In this document: positions 29,101 through 42,046 of the stretch, piece by piece | Numbering within the stretch: position 1 is the first letter of the stretch | How the letters are laid out: every line of letters starts with the position of its first letter | Assembly (NCBI GenBank): GCA_964016885.1 | Contig: OZ024751.1 | Coordinates: 9,672,001-9,736,000, forward strand | Reading direction: 5' to 3' | Length of the DNA stretch: 64,000 nucleotides | Source: Eledone cirrhosa | Lineage: Eukaryota | Program-made: the position numbers and the translations under genes | The notes under the pieces: generated by a model | The model's database searches: none | What the model saw: only the letters and a program-made list of their open reading frames with translations | What the model was told of the DNA's origin: nothing

Positions 29101-29599
29101 TTGGCTTTGTAGTCAATGTAAGTACCCATCAAAGTTTTGTTTCTTCTTCTGGTTCTCTTGCAATTTCTGTAATTAGGTATTTACGAGGGAGTATGGCTGC
29201 CGTTAGAGAAAGCCATTTCGAATGTGTTTCGACATATTTTTCGCATTTGTATGCTTTCTATAAGTTTTGTTTTCTTATGTTAAGAAATGTTTTCCATTTC
29301 TTTTCTTATTCGATGTGTTTTGTTTTACAAATTTCTTTCGTTTAGTTCTGACATCCAAGGAGGGTTGTGGTAGGCTTTCTCTTGTATCTTTGATAACTGT
29401 TCGTATGATTTCAGCTAAATTCTTAATTTCAGAGTTTATATGTTCAGTTATAAGTTTTCCGTCTGTAGATTTTTTTTTCTATTTCCTTTAAAATAGAGGA
29501 TTGTGTGTCAATCATCGTGATAAGTGTTGATAATTTCGATAATATCTCCTTTAGAATTCTTTCTGATTCTGTTGATTTCATTTGTTGCTTTCCAGACAT
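26129..29599 (-). pseudogene. PLE RT + GIY-YIG ORF with long N-terminal extension, multiple frameshifts
   Basis: [52 protein letters not shown], Cys linker CNDSRCGTC, NLIYCIKC..YVGQTG. A candidate ATG at 29599 starts MSGKQQMKS. Confidence 0.88.
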
Positions 29600-29871
29600 G
29601 TTGGCATATACACAATAAGAATATAGATAGATAGATATATAAATAAATATACATGGGTGTGTATGATTGTGTATAGAAGATTATATTAATAAAAGGAATT
29701 CCAACTTTGTCTGATTTGCTCGTTTTATTTACAATCCTTTAAAATTATAATGGTATTATAATGAAATAGTATGGTAGAATATTAAATGTTAAGTGTTAAT
29801 TGAACAAGTAGTTTCATGCTTTCGCAATCTTCAGGTTCATATTCTGTGGTGACAGTCAAGTTTGCAATTTT

Positions 29872-29931
<60 letters not shown>

Positions 29932-30044
29932 AATTACAGTAAATATTCATGTAACTCAACGTACTTTTTCCGCGTAGGAATGACGGAGTATATTTAGAAT
30001 AAGAAAATGCGAAGTGGTGTCAGATGTTAAAGTCCTTTATTAAT

Positions 30045-30125
30045 AACGCTATGATACATATTTCGAAGAAGACAGTGGCCAAGCAATTCTCAGCACCCAG
30101 TGCCATGATCTCATCAGACAGCATC
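30045..30125 (-). ncRNA. Type I hammerhead ribozyme
   Basis: GAUGCUGU-CUGAUGA-GA...UC-GAAA-UAUGUA-UC-AUAGCGUU. 8 bp helix I, AUC triplet. Lies in a cassette (~29932-30345) between microsatellites. Confidence 0.8.
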
Positions 30126-30342
30126 TTACATAAAAAGGCTACGTTCCCGAGGCAATCCAAATTGAAACGACAGTGGAACGGTCAAAGGTGATGTTCTTGA
30201 AGCCTTCAGTTGTTTCCTTGTGAGCCCCAATTCACCTACACACACTTGCGCAGGCGCAAATGGGAAGTTAAAAAGCTGACAATTTACCCCTAAACACAAC
30301 AAAACTAGCTAAGGCAGGCTCCTCTCCGCCCAAATCGCCTAA

Positions 30343-30398
<56 letters not shown>

Positions 30399-30583
30399 AA
30401 AGCCGTTTCGACGGCTATTTCTGGACTAGCCGTTGAAATAGCTGTCGAAACGGCTTGAGCTCTGCCGTCGGGGTCATACTTTTTCCTATTTCCCACTCTA
30501 CTGCTCTAAGTATTGAGTACTCTGGTGCGTTATGGTCCATCTGGTTCCTTACCATATTTCCTTTGTTATATATATATATATAC

Positions 30584-31412
30584 AATAATGAGAGGTACAC
30601 AAATATATGTGTATACATACATACACATATACACATGCATATATACACATACATTTTTCATAAGTATGTGAGATTGTGTGTTGTCGACCTTAACCAGTGT
30701 TGCTCTATGATTGTGAGAGACAAGATAATCGGAATAATTAAATTGACTATATATCAGAGCTATGTAATATATTATAAAGTAAGAAGAAATATTAGACATA
30801 AAGAAATACCCATTTTTTCTTCAAATTCCCGACTGCACAGTTTCGTGGCTACTATGCAAAAATCCTATATCATAGATATGTAACATTTTTGTGGGGTAGG
30901 CGGAATTTTCAAGGGAGCACCTCAGGGAAAAATTTCAAACCAGGTCTGCATTGCGCGAGAGAATCTCGAAAAGGCGGGGGGAAACACTATCACGCGATAC
31001 AGTGGTCAAGAAATGTGGTTAAATCCCTTCAGCAGTGAAAAATATCACAGAAGGCGAAGGGGATATTAATATGATACTGAGGCTACAGAAGGGTGGTAAG
31101 GAAGACAAGAAGTGTAAAAGTATTAGCTTGAAAGCAGTCACTATACTTCCGTGGTTACTCTACCGTGAGGGAGTTATAGAAAATAATGAGAGGTACACAA
31201 ATATGTGTATACATACATATACATACATTTTTCACAAGTATGTGAGATTGTGTGTTGTCGACCTTAACCAGTGTTGCTTGATGATTATGAAAGACAAGAT
31301 AATCGGAATAATTAAATTGACTATATATCAGAGCTATGTAATATATTATAAAGTAAGAAGAAATATTAGACATAAATAAATACCCATGTTTTCTTCAAAT
31401 TCCCGACTGTAC
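30584..31412 (-). mobile_element. Tandem pLTR-like cassette with degenerate hammerhead at 30826-30930
   Basis: Direct repeats ~30584-30840 / 31183-31412. Minus strand UUUCC-CUGAGGU...GAAA-CUGUGCAG-UC-GGGAA. Confidence 0.6.
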
Positions 31413-31414
31413 AG

Positions 31415-31542
<128 letters not shown>

Positions 31543-31860
31543 ATATGTGTTTGTGTGTGTATTTACACATATATAAGGAAAAGTAATCGAAAATGCTACT
31601 GGAGTCTTTTTAAGAATATTTATTTGTTTCTTTTACCGGTTTCAAGTTCTTATGCTTTTCAAAAGTAGAATTGATGTGGAGGGTTTGTGGTTTTTCTTGC
31701 ATCTGGTTGGTGTTCGAATAATACTTCAGTTTTATGTGGAAAAAAGTGGTTCGAATTGGTAGGTTTTTTAAAAAGATAATTTGGTTGTTTGATGACTGTC
31801 ACGTGAATAAGTATAATAAATTTCGGGCCAGCTCGCGTTACAAAGTTCTTATTGTATTTG

Positions 31861-31917
<57 letters not shown>

Positions 31918-31952
31918 GAATAAATGATCAGAGAACAAATATATATATATAT

Positions 31953-34733
31953 ACAATATATTAATAAATGGAAACTATATTTATAAAACCATATTTATTT
32001 TATTATACATATTTCAAGGGCTACCAAGGCAAATTATGGTGTGCTTTCATCAGATAAAATACACATTTGTTTTATAAATAAATATTGACATACCCGGAAA
32101 AAAGACAACCTTAACGGTTGGAGATTCCTGGATAGTTGAGATAGTACATTTATTGAGGGTAATACAAAGTTATGAGTGAGTATGCAAATGAGTGTCCGAA
32201 AGGTTGAAAAGATAACGGTTTATTTAAATTAAACTGTTGGAAGAAGATGATATGTAAGGGAGAGAGAAAAAAAGAAAAAAAGAAAAAAGAAAGGAGAAAG
32301 ATAGAAGAGGAAAGAAAGAACGATTATACATATTGATAGTGAAGATAGAATGAATGAAGAAATAAGTTTCAAAGGAGAAATATACACAGCGTAAATATAT
32401 CTAAGTGAAAGAAGAAATAAGATTAACGTGGAAGAATAATATTTATAATGCAGGGTTCATTACGTTTTGATTACAATACTTAGAATGATAGGTTGAAAAA
32501 TTAGATTAAAATTAAAAATTAGAAATCAAAATTAAAGATTAAAATTTGCCTTAATATTAAAGATTTAATTTAATAATTTAATATTAATAATTATATTATA
32601 TTAAGATGTATTAGTAATAATATATTGGTTTAAATGTGTATGTTAAGGATTATAAATTATTTAAATAAATATATAGTATTTTACATTAGAGAAAATCTAG
32701 TATAGTTTATTTTATTAAAAGTTGTAAGTCAAAATTTAAACATCCAAATAATTCTAAATTTATGAAAAATTTACGAGAGTTTACAAAGGAATAACCACTT
32801 AATTATATTATAAAAACAGTAAGGAAGTGTAAAGGAAGTTAGAAGTGATTTTTAAGATCTCAGATGACTCCAAGGATTAAATGTTATAAAGTTAAAAATG
32901 TTATCTTAAGAATATAATTAAAACATGAACCATATGTTATTTTATACGAAGTCTTAAATTTACTTGCTATAAAGTTAAAAAATAAAAATAAAAAATGGTT
33001 TAACATTTATTTTAAGAATATAGTTAAAGCATAAACCATAGTTTATTCCACATATAAAAAAACCTATATATAAAAATCATGTTTTTCCACATATATATAT
33101 AAACATTTGGATATATATATTAAAAACGTTTGAAGATATAAAAATATTGGAAGATATGAAAATAATGGTTTTTCTATATCTTTCAAAAGAATTTTCAAAA
33201 TATTTTTTTCATAAACCTTCCGTAAGTTTTTCAAGAAAAATTTTTTTTAAAGGAGTTTCAAGCAGTCATATAAAAAAATGTATAATCTATCGATAGGTGT
33301 AATAATATGAAGTGTATAGTATATATATAAGGTAGAGATAATAGAAAGTAAATTAAATATATATGAATCATATATAGATATAGAAAACATTATGTAAAGG
33401 AGATAAATCATATATTACATTTTATATATATATTTAAAAGTTGAGTTTAAACGATGTTTACAGGAACTAAATAAATTATTTCGCAAATTAATAGAGTTCT
33501 TACATTTTAGTATAAAGAATATTTCTTCAACGCAAAGTGACCAATTATGGATAAAGCAGTGAATGAAGGAGCTTTGGAGATAATTTTCCCAAATAAAGAA
33601 TAATTAATATTCTTGGATTTTAAGTCCCATAATAAGTTAGATAGAGAAGTTGAAGATTTTTTACCAATATTCGTAAAGGAACATTTATGGTTATTAAAAC
33701 GAGATTTGAAGTTTGTGGAGGTAGAGCCGACATATTTAAAGGAGTTTCATTTGTTTTGACATTACAATTGTATACTATATGTTTAACTAAACAATTATTA
33801 TTTAGAGGACAGTTAGATTTATTTCTACAATTACATTTATCTGAATTTATATTATTGGGAGCCGTAACATTATATTGGATATTTCTAGAGGTATTAATGC
33901 TATTCTGGTTAGGTTTTAAGTTTCTATTATTAATTCTATTAATATTCTGCGCTAAATTCATAGTGGTGGAATATGAGAGTTTAATAGTATGTCTATTAAA
34001 GATTGAGTAATATCTGTGTGCCTTAGGAAAGCACTTATCTAGAGCTTTAAAAAATAACTTAGCTATAGGAGTTTTAATACTTAATGAGAAAGGGGGAGCG
34101 AACCATAATATATTTCTAGTTTTATTTTTCTTTTGATTTTCGAGTTAGTGCAAGGTTTCCTATTATAATTATATTTATAGTTATGGTTAATTGGCACATC
34201 CTTATTGTCAATGTATTTAATTTCATTACTATAGCCTGCTCTACTTAACGCTTCGTTAACCTCAAATATATTTTTATTCGCTGAAATTCTAGAAATACGT
34301 TGCTGCACAGAATTTGCAATAGTGTTTTTAACGGATCTGGGGTGATTGGAATTAAAGTTAACATAGATTAAATTCTCATTTATTTTATGAAATGGATAAT
34401 AAAGTCCAGTATTAAGGTTTAAAGTTACATCTAAAAAATTAACTATTTTATCATTATTCTGTACTTCTACTTTAAGATTAACGCTATTAGGAAATTGTAT
34501 AATTTCTTTTCTTTTCCTATTTATTTCACAATTATTATTATTTTCAATAAGCAATAGCATATCGTCACGATATAAACCACCGGTCAACTCCGATATTTTC
34601 CTATGTAAAGTATTGTTAAAAAGCCCCACAAGATCCGTTAATTGCGTACTTACTCCACTAAACTGTTGAGTGGTTTATATCAGTTATAAAAATGTTTAAG
34701 CTTGTTGAATTCCAACAAATTAAATATAGCCTC

Positions 34734-34737
<4 letters not shown>
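31953..34737 (-). mobile_element. 5'-truncated Penelope-like element with AT-rich 3' UTR, pLTR and inverted tail
   Basis: ORF 34081-34629 has GLYRDDML and VNFLDVTL. ORF 33620-33961 has CNCRNKSNCPLNNNC..IVY. pLTR 31953-32100 is homologous to 4237-4400; the + strand tail 34651-34737 is homologous to 4689-4770. Confidence 0.85.
31996..32061 (-). ncRNA. Type I hammerhead ribozyme
   Basis: UAUUUUAU-CUGAUGA-AAG...CUU-GAAA-UAUGUA-UA-AUAAAAUA. Helix I and II differences from the 4576 copy preserve pairing. Confidence 0.8.
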
Positions 34738-34770
<33 letters not shown>

Positions 34771-34777
<7 letters not shown>

Positions 34778-34923
34778 TAACAGATTAAAGTTTAAGCAAA
34801 GAATCGCTGCTTTCACCCTAAACGGGATCTTCTGAAATATTTGCTCTACGGTTCTTATATATTTGACATATATTTATCCTTATCGAGCCCTCTTTGGATT
34901 GTAGTCTTCAAATTTATTATTAT

Positions 34924-34927
<4 letters not shown>
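34771..34927. mobile_element. Minimal fold-back cassette (family of 41489-41982; even shorter copy at 13032-13099)
   Basis: A minus-strand hammerhead-like arm is joined via AAA microhomology to the + strand tail. Confidence 0.75.
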
Positions 34928-34963
<36 letters not shown>

Positions 34964-35175
34964 CAAGAGAGAAAAAGGTTGCAGAAAATGAGAGATAGTA
35001 TTAGGGAGGATGAGAAAATAGTGGAAATCGATAACATCTAACTACTATTTTGGGGGGTAATTAATTTATTGTAATTAAATAGTCTTTCACTACCGAATGT
35101 CGTCAGTTTTTTAAGCTTTCCGCCTCTACTAGACGTCATATCTTAATTCATTAATAATGATGATAATAATAATAA

Positions 35176-35352
35176 TTGTTTCTACTTTTGGCACAAGGCC
35201 AGCAATTACCCAGTACATTACTGATACGTTATTTTATCGACCCGTAAGGATGAAATGCAAAGTTAACCTCGACGGGATTTGAACTCAACCCGTAAAGGGA
35301 CGTAACTATGCTAGAAAGCATGGCGTTCAACCCTCTACTGATACTGCCAAAT
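35176..35352 (-). mobile_element. Meta-like SINE in (TAA)n
   Basis: Reverse complement of the 592-790 unit. Confidence 0.8.
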
Positions 35353-35371
35353 AATAATAATAATAATAATA

Positions 35372-38258
35372 AACATTACTGATTTAAATCATCTCTATTA
35401 TGCATCGGCTAAAGTCACCACTCACTTATGTGGAGTGAAAATGAAAAAGCAAAGGAATTCCCACAAGAAATCTACTTGGCAAGAGAACATCAATCGCCAA
35501 ATAAACCTTCTCCGATCTGACAGAAATTTTAACAAACTATAAAGTAGGTGAACATGTTAAACAAACTAAACTTAGAAAATTGATGTTAAAAGAAAGTACA
35601 GTATAAAATCAACAAGTGACATAGACATGCTGATAGAAATAATCAAGTAAAAAGTGTCGGCCAAAGCTGCTCGTATAAGGCGCTTTGAAAAACGATATAG
35701 ATTCTATAAGGACAATAATATGTTCAAAAACAACCAAAGAAACTTCTACAGAAAAATTGGTACGTCAACAATAACTGCTAAATCAATACCACCCAAGGAG
35801 GAAGTGCAAGCATTCTGGGAAAAGATATGGGCCGAAGAAAAATTTCATAATATAACATGCCCCATGGATAGACAGACAAATGAAAGATACAGCTCACCTT
35901 GAGGAACAAATATGGGAAAATATAACAGTTGAACAGTTGCGGTTGGCTCTTAGAAAAACCAGCAAATGGAAATCCCCAGGAAAAGACAAAATACAAACTT
36001 TTTGGCCAGAAAAGATACCATCATGGCTAGTTAACGGCATTACATTCCTGCTTCCGAAGAATGATGAGACAAACAATCCCAAAAATTACAGACCGATAAC
36101 TTGCTTGAGCACAATGTATAAAATTTTAACACCGGTCTAACTGAATATACATATGATCACCTGATAACAAATGACCTATTTCCCAATGAGCAGACAGTGT
36201 GTAAACGAGGCTCATATGACTTTAAAGATCAGCTTTTGGTTAACAAAATGATACTGGAAGATTGTCACATAGACACAAAAATCTATTAATTGCTTGGATA
36301 GATTACAAAAAAGCATTCGATAGTTTGCCACTCAGTTGGATTGAAAAATGCATTTTCAAAATATCTCCCGTTGTCAGGAGCTCCCTGTCATTCAGTATGA
36401 AAACATGGAAAACGACACTCCTTTTGATTATTGAAAAAGAATCACTGGAAGCAGGAGAAGTTAATATTAATTGTGGAATTTTTCAGGGTGAGTCTTTATC
36501 ACCGCTTTTATTCTGCATCGCGTTTATACCATTAAGTAAAATGCTCAATGAAATAAAACATGGATCAAAACCATTAATCACTTGTTCTACACGGATGAGC
36601 TGAAACTATTTGCCAAAAATGATGAACAATTGCAAGGGCTGTTATCCACTGTGAAGCAATTCAGTGATGACATTAAAATTTGGACTAGATAAATGCGCCA
36701 AAGCACCGTTCACCAGAGGAAAGCTGCTGAAAAGTTCAGACATTAATCTTGATCGGGGGAAGTGTGATAAGAGAACTTGATCAACAGCAAACTTACAAAT
36801 ATCTAGGTGTTTGTGAAGGAGACGGAATCAAGCACTCGACAATGAGGGAAAAGATAAGGAAGGAATGTTACCGCAGAGTAAGAGCAATCTAGAGAACGGA
36901 ATTGAATGCAAGGAACAGGATCGATGCCATAAACACGCTTGCCATACCAGTAGTAACCTACAGTTTCAATGTCATCAACAGGTCAAGCACAGAGATCGGT
37001 AGGTTCGATACAAAAATTAGAAAATACTTAACCATGCACAGAATGCATCACCCTAAGGCAGATACAGATAGAATATATCTCCCTAGGAAAGAAGGAGGAC
37101 GTGGGTTAGATATTGTGTTGAAAACTGCAACAATTGGATTATCTACATATCTAAGGGAATCACATGATTGGATGATCAAACTTGTTTTGAAACACGAAAG
37201 CATCAAAAGATCATACTCCATTACAGAAAATGCACAAAGATACAGTAATGGACTACAAATTTCAGAAGTTATATTTAATGCTGAAATGAAAAACACAGTA
37301 ATAGTAAAGCAGGTAAAAGTAACTGCAAAGAAAGAACTGCTACAGAAACTGGCTAAGAAATGGCAAGAAAAGGCTCTGTATGGAAAATACCCAGAAAGAG
37401 CTGACAATCCTGATGTTAACAAAACTTTAACCCATCAGTGGTTGGCATCCTCTGGACTGAAATCGGAGACTGAAGGACTAATTATATCAGCACAAGACCA
37501 GTGTCTGCCAACAAAAAATGACCAAGCCAACATAATAAAAAATGTATGCAACTCATTATGCCGTGTATGTAAAAAAACAATCAGAGACCATTGATCATAT
37601 AATTTCAATGTGCAGTCCTATAGCTCCAACCGAATACCTAAACAGGCACGACAGAACCTTCACAATACATGCATTGGATAATGTGTAAGCATTTTGACCT
37701 GCCCCATCAAAAGAATTGGTGGGAGCATCAACCACCTCTCGTAATTGAAAAAGATCTCATCTTAATCCTGTGGAACTTTAGCATCCAAACAGACCGAAAA
37801 ATAAATGCAAATAGACCTAGGACTTTAAAAAGAGGGTATGCCTGCTAATTGATATGTCCGTTCCAATAGACAAGAATGTATCTATAAAAACATTTGAAAA
37901 ATTGAGCAAGTATAAGGACCTGGAGATAGAAATTGGAAAAATGTGAAAATTGAGAACTAAAACAATACCAGTTGTTGTAGGTGCTCTAGGAATCATACCT
38001 GAAGGGTCTAATGATTACTTATCGCAAATCCCAGGAAACCCGCGTATAGGAGAAATACAAAAGTTAGTACTAATGGGAACTGCCCATATACTAAGGAAGA
38101 TTCTGTCAATATAAGTACATCACAAGTCTAAACACCTAAAGATGCATGTGTGTGTATGTATGTTGTTTCTTGAACATGGCGGACCTTGTTGTCTCTTGAG
38201 GTCACTGGGTGTGACTTGGTGATAATTCGTATGAACATAAAGCAAGATAAATGCAACT
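35372..38258 (+). mobile_element. Decayed 5'-truncated R4/Dong-clade non-LTR retrotransposon (RT + restriction-like endonuclease)
   Basis: WKSPGKD, NYRPITCLSTMYKILT, WIDYKKAFDS, GIFQGESLSPLLF, LPRKEGGRGL, CCHC region CRVCKK..DH, and KTFEKLSKYKDLEIE. Flanked by (TAA)n on both sides, the known Dong target. Confidence 0.88.
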
Positions 38259-38971
38259 GTAATAATAATAATAATAATAATATCTCTCTCTCTATATATA
38301 TATATGTGTGTATGTGTATGTAAGTTATTAACTTTTAAATAATCTTTTATTCTATTTAAATTCAATGTTATCGTATCTATCTATTTTACCTATTTATCTT
38401 GGAAAATCTCCGACTGTTGCAACTACATTTTTTTTAGAAGGTCTTACTAAAATACCTGCGGTAGCTACAGCTACCGATCATCTTGCATCTGGTTGTTATT
38501 GGATTCCGCCTGTTGATACTTTGAGAGCAGCATGAGTCTAGCACAAGCACGTGCTACTTTGATCTCCTTGTGTACATATATCTTCAATGTCCTGTGGATA
38601 TGAAGAAGCAGCGATGTGTACAGCGCAAACGAGCTGGAAGAATACAGTTGCTAATCTGCACGCAGATCGCTTAAGGCATATCTAACGTGGTTGCCAGTTT
38701 TCGGAACAGGAACTGACCTGGGCAGAGCCTTTTGTGGCTGAGGAGCCCGTTCAAGGGAGAACCCTGCTCACTAAAACCATAATTTTCATGTATGTATGAA
38801 GTATATATGTATATTCGTATGTATATATTTATGTATGTACGTACGTATGTATGTATGTACGTACGTAAGTATGTATATATTTACGCACGTATGTATGAAT
38901 GCATGTATGTATATATGTATATATACATAAATAGATATATAGATATATATGTATGTATATATGTGTATGTA

Positions 38972-39076
<105 letters not shown>

Positions 39077-39110
39077 TATGTATCTATATTTATTTATGTG
39101 TGTGTTCAGT

Positions 39111-40682
39111 ACCTGGCTTGATCAAACCTCTCCACTTCACACGCTCCTCAGCCATTTTCTCCCATTCGTTAGATGAAATTTCAGCACAAGCCAATGTACC
39201 CCCGACACAGTGCTGGTAGCACATCTTTGGTTTATGTGGTGGCCGCCTTCTTTCACACAGTTCTCCGTAGAGAAGTTGCTTTGGAAAACCACCACATCAA
39301 CTGATGCAGAAAGATCATGCTCTCTATATCACGCACCTGCTCCGTTTGAACATTTTCCATCGTACCCCAAGTATCCATCCCACGAAGAGATTGTTGGTGA
39401 AATTTCTCCAGTTCCTTGGGGTGTTTTCTGTATGTGACCCACGTTTCACAAGCATAAAGCAAAGAGGAGAGGACACAAGTCAGATACACTTTCACCTTGG
39501 TTTCGTCAGGACCATAAACGTTCATGCAGCCGTCCAAAAGCATCAGTGACTTTCCTGATTCTTAAGGATATTTCATCATCAAGTGTGCATAAATTGTTCA
39601 ACGTACTACCAAGGTAAACAAACTTGTCAGCAACTGTTAGCCTCTCTCCGTACAGGTGCACACTTGGTGTAGTGTATTCTTTTCCAGGTGCTGGCTGATA
39701 CATCACAACAGTCTTTTCTAAATTTATTGTGAGGCCCAAAGCGCTGCAAGCTTTAGAAAAAGAGTTCATAATATGCTGCATGTCACTTTGTGAGCGTGCA
39801 AAAAGATCGCAGTCATCTGCATACAAAGACTCTTGGATTATAGATATTAATACCTTCGTGCTTACACCAAACCGCCTGATGTTGAACAACCTTCCTGAAG
39901 TGTGATACCTCATGTAAATTCCATGCGAACAATTTTTCTTGAATGCCATGAGAATCACTATCGTAAAATATAAGGAAAACAGAGTTGGAGCCGGAATGTC
40001 CCTCCTGCTTCATTCCATTTTCAATTGATATTGGTTCAGAGATGCTACCATCAATACTGACCCAAGCCTTCATGTCATTATGAAAAAGACGCAGAATCTT
40101 CACAAACTTTGGAAGACAGCCAAGCTTTTCCAAATTTTCCACAATGCAGTTCGATTTACGGTCTCAAGGGTCTTTGTCAAGTCAACAAAGACCTGGCAAA
40201 TTTCATCAGACGAATGGGAGAAAATGGCTGAGGAACGTGTGAAGTGAAGACGTTTGATTAAGTCAGGTAGCGAACACTTTCAAACTCGTCGAAGAAAATA
40301 CCTAACACTGAAAGGGAAGGTGAGAAAAAGGGACTGTTCTGAACTACCTGCTGTTGAGCATTATCTGATTTGCCAGCACTGTGGTCGAGTCTGCCCGGGC
40401 AAAGCTGGTTTGATTAGATACGAATAAAGTCATATTAGTAGACATCATGTAGATTATGATCTGAAAAGGTGTAAAGAATGTGCTAACATAGGAGGCCTTA
40501 AAAGACGCATGAGAACACACAGCCAGAACAAAGCCATGAAAAGTCCCAAAAGAGCCTATAGTTGCCATGTATGTGCCAGAGGAGGCAAATCTTCGGCTGG
40601 TTTAAAGAGCCACATTCGTGCCTCACATCTTTGAGTATTTTATCGTGTGATGGCAATGTTCGAACACGAGTTTGCAGCCATC
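39111..40682. mobile_element. RTE (BovB-like) LINE with 5' inversion
   Basis: Minus 40198-39111 encodes YADDCDL, FVYLGSTL and LLYACETW. Plus 40199-40682 encodes C2H2-like ICQHCGRVC and CHVCARGGKSSAGLKSH, ending in (TATG)n. Confidence 0.85.
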
Positions 40683-40728
40683 ATGTACATATGTATGTAT
40701 GTATGTATGTATGTATGAATAGTAATAT

Positions 40729-40902
40729 TTGTTTCTACAATAGGCACAAGGCCAGAAAATATCCCAATGTATTACTGGTACTTTATTTTATCGACCCCCG
40801 TTAGGATGAAAGGCAAAGTTAACCTCGTCGGGATTTGAACTCAGAATGGCAAGGGCCGTAACTCTATGCGTCAAAGCATGGTGTCCGACCCTTTACCGCC
40901 CT
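40729..40902 (-). mobile_element. Meta-like SINE with ~19 bp target-site duplication
   Basis: TATGTATGAATAGTAATATT is present on both flanks (~40710-40729 and 40903-40922). Confidence 0.85.
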
Positions 40903-41261
40903 TATGTATGAATAGTAATATTGAGAGTAAGAATGTTAAATTATCAACGCCAATATCAAAAGAAAAAATGAGACATAAGTTAGATGAAAAAAACAGGAGG
41001 AGAGGAGGAGGAATAAACAGGTAGTGTAGGAGTTGATAGAACGGATCGATTCTCGATGAGAGAGAAAGAGAGCAAGAGAGACTGTGGTGGGAGTAAATAA
41101 CAGAAATCGGTATCAGATATCGATAAACATTGACAACTAAGAAAGTAACAAAATGACAACATATACAACTTATTGGTGAATATCTGGTGTTCAGAATATG
41201 TATATATACCTATATAAATATACATAATATACATTTATGTATCTGTGTATATACACACACT

Positions 41262-41382
<121 letters not shown>

Positions 41383-41396
41383 GTATACATATATAC

Positions 41397-41488
<92 letters not shown>

Positions 41489-41494
<6 letters not shown>

Positions 41495-41978
41495 GAAAAT
41501 AACAGATTAAAGTTTAAGCAAAGAATCGCTGCTTTCGCCCTTAATAAGATCTTCTGAAACTAACAAAGTCAATCTGTGAACGCAGAAGTGAATATTTCAA
41601 AAAACGTTGCAACCGGAGGAAGACTGGAAGACGATACTTTGGTTCGTGGAAACGTTCCCTGGCAATGAACGGGAAATAACGAATATAATACGTCATTATT
41701 CGTTTTTTCCCGTTCTTTGCCAGGGAACGTTTCCACGAACCAAAGTATCGTCTTCCAGTCTTCCTCCGGTTGCAACGTTTTTTGAAATATTCACTTCTGC
41801 GTTCACAGATTGACTTTGTTAGTTTCCGAAGATCCCGTTAAGGGTGAAAGCAGCGATTATTTGCTTAAACTTTAATCTGTTATTTTAATAAATATTTGCT
41901 CTACTGTTCTTATATATTTGATATATATTTATCCTTATCGAGCCCTCTTTGGATTTTAGTCTTCAAATTTATTATTAT

Positions 41979-41982
<4 letters not shown>
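41489..41982. mobile_element. Fold-back cassette with variant hammerheads (41821-41871 +, 41511-41561 -)
   Basis: ~195 bp inverted repeat 41489-41684 / 41697-41893 plus tail. AGUUU-C(C/A)GAAGA-UCCC GUUAA GGGU-GAAA-GCA...UGC-UU-AAACU. Confidence 0.8.

Positions 41983-42046
<64 letters not shown>

Larger units (their letters stand above)
25691..29875 (-). mobile_element. Full-length Penelope-like element (Neptune-like) with direct pLTRs in (TA)n
   Basis: ~190 bp direct repeats 25691-25881 and 29685-29875 flank a broken minus-strand ORF. Confidence 0.88.

Noticed and set aside
41569-41813. Paired near-identical ORFs on opposite strands
   Set aside because: A consequence of the inverted repeat.
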